Part shown: in pieces, positions 50,511-64,000 of the stretch
Position numbering within the stretch: position 1 is the stretch's first letter
How the letters are laid out: each line of letters starts with the position of its first letter
Assembly (NCBI GenBank): GCA_020137815.1
Contig: CM035359.1
Location: 3,038,001 to 3,102,000 of the forward strand
Source: Hormiphora californensis
Taxonomy: Eukaryota > Animalia > Ctenophora
Length of the DNA stretch: 64,000 bases
Direction of reading: 5' to 3'
The notes under the pieces: model-generated
What the model saw: only the letters and a program-made list of their open reading frames with translations
What the model was told of the DNA's origin: nothing
Databases searched by the model: none
Translations under genes and position numbers: made by a program

Positions 50511-53270
50511 TCTAACCTAGATAATATCTCTCTATCTAGAGATCTAATCTTTGCATCCCTAGATGCTATCTCTCCATCGCTAAATGCTACATCGCTATCA
50601 AGACCAACATCGCCATCTCCAACATTCATGTTAGTACCCCACCCTAATTTTAAAGCTACCGGCTACCCCATCCTCATTTATTACCCCATCTCTCAGTTAG
50701 CCCACGCTACCTCTCACTCTCAACTACTCAGGAGTCAGGTACCCTCTTTCTCTCCCTCCCCCTTCCCATAAAGAGAGGGTACACCGTGCCCAACAATTAG
50801 CCCACGTCACCTCTCACTCTCACCTACTCAAACACTATGTCTCAAGTACCCGGCATCTCTACCACCCTACCCGTTGGGTACCCCACGCTGCTAGATACCT
50901 ATGAAATTTTGCTATATGCCCCTAAAACCCCCCTAAATACACCAATATATCCACTAGAAACCCCTCGGACTCTACAAAATACCCCTCAAAGCATTATTCA
51001 CGAACGGACACTAACATCGTTACTAAAATCTCTGTCTTTTCTCAGGTATTATTGACCACGTTAGACCTTCCACGACCTTCCCCACGACAACTTTAAATTG
51101 CCAAGGTTTGTGATGAACTACAACGACATGGACACCTGAAATTCACGTGGGAGTCACGTGACACAACGTTATTTTATGTGCACTATCTCTCTCTATCTCT
51201 CAAATATGTAACGGTTTTCAATTCAGGTGTGATGATTGCGGCAGATAATCTAGACTCTTCCTATGGTTCCCACAATCAAGGGAGGGAGGACACATGTTTT
51301 TTCATCATCACGGGACTGTTGAAGTCGGTTAAGGCACCCACGGAGCTAAGCCGTAATCTCCCTGCTGTGCACCCGGTGCCCGGATTTTCAAAATTTTAGA
51401 TAAATACGATTTTCAAAAGTCAAATATGCTGCCAACTTTGTCCCAAAAATCGACGATTTTGCTGCCTAGTAAAATAAATGTCTAGAAAGTTTTTAGAAAT
51501 CATTTATAAATCATTTATAAAGTTTGAAAAAATTTTAAAAAAATTGTCCCACCCGGGCCCGGTCGGGAATCGAACTCGTGCTGCCGGCAGCACGGATCTA
51601 TCTTAATTAAGCTAAATACGTGCTGCCTCATGCTGCCTTCTATATCATGCTAAGTTTTACCGTTTTTCCCCGTTTATCGGTTTAGGCACTTGTTTATCGA
51701 TACTGTGGATGTCCCTGCACCGAATATTACCAAATTGGATGGGTAGAAGGGCGGGAATAATGGTACCCGAGGCAGCAGAAGGATTAAGAAAATTTGTGAC
51801 GTTCAATTTGTTTATTTCCTTCATATTCGTGTTTGGAATACTTCTTCGAATATAATAGCCGGAAAAGTAAAACTGATATTGCATAAAATGAGACTAAATT
51901 TTCTATGTAAATATGGGGTAAATTTGTGCTGCCTGTGCTGCCTCCACTCTGACGCGTGAGGCCCGGGTTCGATTCCCGACCGATCCCGGGTGGGACACTT
52001 TTTAAAAACTTTTTAAATGATTTATAAAGATTAAGCCCTGGCCCCCAGAACATTTATTACTGCCGATAGCGATATTTATTGAACTGCTGACTACTAGGCA
52101 GCTTGTCCAATATGCTGCCTCGTCTTTAATTTGCTGCCAAATTAAGGGCATTACTCTCTTGGGTATTTGCAATATCTGGGCACCGGGGCTGTGCATCAAG
52201 CTTACATTGGTCCTGAGATGGTCCTACCTCTGCTGATGGCTGTAAACTGCAAGGATTTCAGTGCAGTGGAGAAATTGACTTTTGAAAATATCTTATCCTG
52301 GAGCCCATTGAACAATTTTAATGTATTTCAAGAATTCTGAAGAGTTAGAGTGACTCTCTTGTACTTATGGTAGCATGACTTTTCCAAATTTAGTTTCTTA
52401 ACCTTGAAAATCGTTGTTTTGTTCGAACAAAGGAAATTTCTCATGTCCTATTTGTCACAGTTTGATATAACTTAACGTGTCGCGCGCGACGTTAAATCTC
52501 TTATCGAAAGTACATTCCTAAGCATTTCGATTTTCGCGCGTACGACCATCTAGGCCCTTTAAGGGCCTGTAGCATAGGCCAAGTTAAAATCTGGGTGCCT
52601 TCCATTGCTAACAATTCATCGATTTTGGCGGTCGAGACGGGTTAGGGCTGTTGTTAGGGTCGGGTTAGGGTTTTGTTTGGGGTTATCGGTTAGGGCTATC
52701 GATTCTCTATCAGATACCGTTTAGTTTACTCAAATCGGCCATGTGGTTGCGTGGCTATAGCCGTTTGAAAAAAGTCGGTCTAGGAAATAAAAGTGTACTC
52801 TTTTTGGTAGCGCGCACCTGTAAACACGCTGCAAGGCACCCAGATTATAATCGCGCCCGTTTTTTTTTGCCGGAGCCCCGTGTCGAACAGGGAAACGCTA
52901 AAAGCTGGGTGTTTTGAAAGTCAGCAGTCACAATTTTTAGGGCCCAAAGCGTAATATGAACGTTAATTGTAATATTTTAGTGCAGGGTACTTTTTTGGCG
53001 GTGCGGTGTGCACCTGTAAATTTTAATGCCCAGTTCGTAACGGCGCCCTTGCGTAAACCCAGTTTAAATACTTTTTCTAGGGATCCCTACTTGATTTGAA
53101 AATAATTGTAATCATTGCGAAAACGTCGAAATTTCCTGCCGGACCCCGATCCCTGCGCCCCTGCGCTTTCACCCCACGCCCTCAAGGCTGAACTCTTAGA
53201 CAGAGGATTGAGTCGGGCAAGTAATTATATGTAGTTTCAATCCTCGACCCCCCTTTAAAGATATTAGATA

Positions 53271-55109
53271 CTAGAAAGCCCATTGAAGTCCCTCAAACCC
53301 CCCCCACCCACCCGTCCCCATGTCTCTCTTCCCCTCTTACTCTGCGTCTCTCCATGTCGGGGTAAAGACTAAATAATACGAAGGTTGGTAGTGGTAGAGC
53401 GCTGGTGATCAAAGGAAATCCCGCTGAATAACATGTAGAATCAGATGATAAAGATCCGTAGAATTGTAGACATGTGTAGAGAATCAACGGGGTACGTAGG
53501 TAGAAAGGCTTTGGCAATCATGGCGGCCTCAGCAGTAGATCCAAAACAACGCAGGAACAACACAGGAACACGCAACAAACAACCAAAAACATGCACGTGC
53601 AGTATCCCCTCACAACTTCCAAAACCCATCCCAAGCCACCTCCTTGGCAACCCCCCTCTATTTGCACGTGTGGATACTACATCATCACGACGTTCATTTG
53701 TACTTTATAATAAGGACTAGAAAGCCCATTGCTAAGTCCTACAATACCCCCCCCCCCCCCCCCACCCGTCTCTATGCCCCCCCCCCCTCTTACTGATCTT
53801 CGTCTCTCCATGTCGGGGTAAACTGTAAAGAATACGGAGTTTAGTACTTGTAGAGCGCTGGTGATAAACATCAAGGGAAATCTCACTGAATAACATATGT
53901 AGAATCAGGTGATAGAATTGTAGTAGCTGTGTAGAGAGTCAACGGGGTACGTAGGTAGAAAGGCTTTGGCAATCATGGCGGCCCCAGTAGTAGATCCCAA
54001 AACACCACGAAACACCACACAGGAACACACAACAAACAACCAACAACATGCACGTGCAGTATCCCCCCTCCAATACCCCTTCCAAGCCACCTCCTTGGCA
54101 ACCCCCCACCATTTGCACGTGTGGATACTACATCATCCTCCTCACGACGTTCATTTGTACTTTATAATATAGACTAGAAAGCCCATTGCTAAGTCCTACA
54201 ATACCCCCCCCCCACCCGTCTCTATGCCCCCCCCCCCTCTCACTCTTTGTCTCTCCATGTCGGGGTAAAGAATACGGAGTTTAGTAGTAGTTTTGTAGAG
54301 CGCTGGTGATAAACATCAAGGGAAATTCCGCTGAATAACATATGTAGAATCATCAGGTGATAAAGATCCGTAGAATTGTAGCTGTGTAGAGAATCAATAG
54401 GGTACGTAGGTAGAAAGGCTTTGGCAATCATGGCGGCCCCAGCAGTAGATCCCAAAACACCACAGGAACACGCAACAAACAACCAAAAACATGCACGTGC
54501 AGTATCCCCCCACAACCTCCAATACCCCACCCAAGCCACCTCCTTGGCAACCCCCCACTATTTGCACGTGTGGATAGGTCATCATCACCACGCCACTCAT
54601 TTGTACTTTATAATAGAGACTAGAAAGCCCATTGAAGTCCCTCAAACCCCCCCCACCCACCCGTCCCCATGTCTCTCTTCCCCTCTTACTCTGCGTCTCT
54701 CCATGTCGGGGTAAAGACTAAATAATACGAAGGTTGGTAGTGGTAGAGCGCTGGTGATCAAAGGAAATCCCGCTGAATAATGTATGTAGAATCAGATGAT
54801 AAAGATCCGTAGAATTGTAGACATGTGTAGAGAATCAACGGGGTACGTAGGTAGAAAGGCTTTGGCAATCATGGCGGCCTCAGCAGTAGATCCAAAACAA
54901 CGCAGGAACAACACAGGAACACGCAACAAACAACCAAAAACATGCACGTGCAGTATCCCCTCACAACTTCTGCTGTCCAACAGTGGCCCCCACTCCAAGC
55001 CCTCACAACTTCCAAAACCCCTCCCAAGCCACCTCCTTGGCAACCCCCCTCTATTTGCACGTGTGGATACTACATCATCACGACGTTCATTTGCAAATTA
55101 TAATAAGGA
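53271..55109 (-). mobile_element. tandem array of 4 Helitron-like units (~446-490 bp)
   Basis: Unit borders at 53271, 53717, 54174, 54620. Each unit runs 5'-TC...CTAG-3' on the minus strand; array flanked by A|TC and CTAG|T. Confidence 0.75.
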
Positions 55110-55877
55110 TTAGGTCACTCAAGTTTCCTCAAGTCTCGAGTTTCCTGGTAGTCCGAGATCAAGCATCATCCTGATTCCTGTTCCTGGGTACAGTTAAAAG
55201 TACAGGGGACACGCTAGCATTATTTGGGGGCCTCTCATCTCTAACAAGGGAGACTAGGGATAGTGGATGTGTAAGGGAGTCATGAATGGGTGGCCCAAAA
55301 CTGTGACGAAATTTATACGAACTGATCCCGTTTCAAAGACAAACTGTTTCATGTTATTTAATCAGAGGTTTAAATTGCGAAATAAGACATAAGTGTGAAG
55401 TGAAGTATGTGTGTATGCGTGTTTTTAATTAACTTATTAACTACTAACTTATTAACTTATCAACTAATTATCTAATGCATGAAGATCTGGACTCTAATAG
55501 CTATATAAAATGTATATACAAGGACTTAATTGACAGCAGACATTAATTATTCTAATTAGTTTCTTGAATTGTGTGTATTGGAGCCTCCTTCGAATGGCCT
55601 GGGCCTCTACAATTGTGTGTGTTACCGAGCGATTCGAAGTAGGCTCCACCGCTTTAGAAAGTCGTTAGTTTTGCCTGTGTGTGATTTAGCATATGTAAGT
55701 GCTCTTCTAGCAGTAGACTACAAAGCGGAATCTCTATTATAATTTGGAGATGAACGTCGTGATGGCCGTTCGTTCAGTGCGTTTCTACTGTCGTTCACAC
55801 TTTTGGAACTTCCAGTGGAAGTTAATTAATATTTTCGAATGACTTTTGACATGCCAGTCCCCATAGTTACCAATTCA

Positions 55878-55891
55878 GTTGCCATGGCAAC
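55878..55891. promoter_or_regulatory. RFX X-box
   Basis: Perfect palindrome GTTGCCATGGCAAC ~320 bp upstream of the first PCM1-like coding exon. Confidence 0.5.
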
Positions 55892-56213
55892 CGTGTTATT
55901 CACGTTGAAAGGGGCGAAAAAAAACACCCGGCGAAGCCGGGTGGGTTATTAGAAAGCCCTTACTTGAGGCGCACCCAATGGGTGCGCTAGTATTAAATAT
56001 TTGTATGATGATGATGATGATGAAGGCTCAACCGTAGCTGCCGCCCCTGGCCCCAGATACAAAGGGACATGCTTGGCCGAAGATCTGTCCCACCCCTAAA
56101 GTGATGACATCCGATTCCCGGCTGTAAAGGCTATGTCAATGCTGAATTTGCTCAGGGAACCCTATCATCTTGAGCGTTCATCGATGAATGACAGATCATT
56201 TAATATTTTAGCA

Positions 56214-63158
<6,945 letters not shown>

Positions 63159-64000
63159 GTACATGACCGATTCTGAGATGTTCGGGGGGATGGGGGAGTG
63201 GCTGGGGTGTTTGAGCAGTCATATTTCCTTGTTATGTTCTAGCCCTCACCCCTCCTTTACATTTGGGTGGTGAAACAGGGCCGAGCAAGGTAGTACTAGT
63301 TGATGGGAGTGGGAGGACGGAGGTGGGAGGGCCAGAGGGGGAGGAACATTTGATCAACATGCGGGCCTTTGGGGTGCATGTCGTGTGTGTGTACACATTC
63401 TGTATTCTTGGTGCTTGACATGTTACCAACGTTTCCTCTCTCAAGATCTTACTTCTCTTTCTTTATTCCTATGTTTCTCTTTCTCATTCTCTCTTATTCT
63501 CCCTCTCCATCTATCTCTCTCCCTCTCTCGGGTCGCCCACACCTAAAATTTAGAACCTCGTACTACCCCCAAAATCCCAAGCCTTCGGTTCAATACTGTC
63601 CTTATCTTTACTTTTTTCTAATCCGTCTTTTTTGTACCATCGTCTGTTTGTCCGTCTGCAATTAATACTCAACATGCATGGAAGCTGTATATGTTTCGAT
63701 AGATAGAAAAAAGAGAGAAAGATAGAAAGATAGAAAAAGAGAGAGAAAGATAGCTTGGGAATATAGATAGGGATAGAGTATTTGGACGGAAGAAGAAAAC
63801 AACGGATGTCCACATTGTGTATTACTGCTGCACTGATACGTTTACACAACTCGTACAGTACAACTCATACAGTTAGTTGATTACGAAGTTACCCCTCCCG
63901 TGCGGGGTTATTTCGTAACCAAACTACAGAGTGGAGGAAGGGCAAACACAGCTCTACCCTCTTACCACCAAAATTTGAGTTCGGTAATCTGTAAGGGGAA

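Noticed and set aside
51940-51990. tRNA gene
   Set aside because: Only the T-arm half is present; no cloverleaf.
52635-52700. Telomeric TTAGGG repeats
   Set aside because: A few scattered degenerate units within a probable dispersed repeat; not an array.
53293-55174. Repeated short ORFs (MAIMAAPAVDPK...)
   Set aside because: They lie within Helitron-like units and frames are not conserved between units.

Overview
Intron-rich eukaryotic (animal) DNA. The repeats and a lineage-typical extracellular domain suggest a ctenophore (Pleurobrachia-like); this is recall, not a database result. I reconstructed gene models by hand from GT-AG junctions and codon phase. (1) 3' part of a + strand gene (<2-5643) in which a Cid1/TENT-type PAP-associated nucleotidyltransferase domain splices in frame, via a disordered linker, to a degenerate thymidine-phosphorylase (PyNP) fold; this is the most unusual item. 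(2) SCLT1-like coiled-coil gene (6267-16060) with a nested antisense intronless secreted 2xSRCR-like gene. (3) Orphan 6-exon gene (-). (4) SLC13 transporter (-). (5) Disrupted secreted gene with two beta-rich domains and three sushi domains. (6) A ~16 kb transposon block containing self-nested MITEs, long palindromes and Helitron concatemers. (7) 5' part of a PCM1-like gene with an upstream X-box and a same-strand nested orphan GPCR. Exon-intron junctions are repeatedly tandem-duplicated across the window. A Penelope remnant carries a minimal hammerhead motif. Coordinates were counted by eye and may be off by a few bases.
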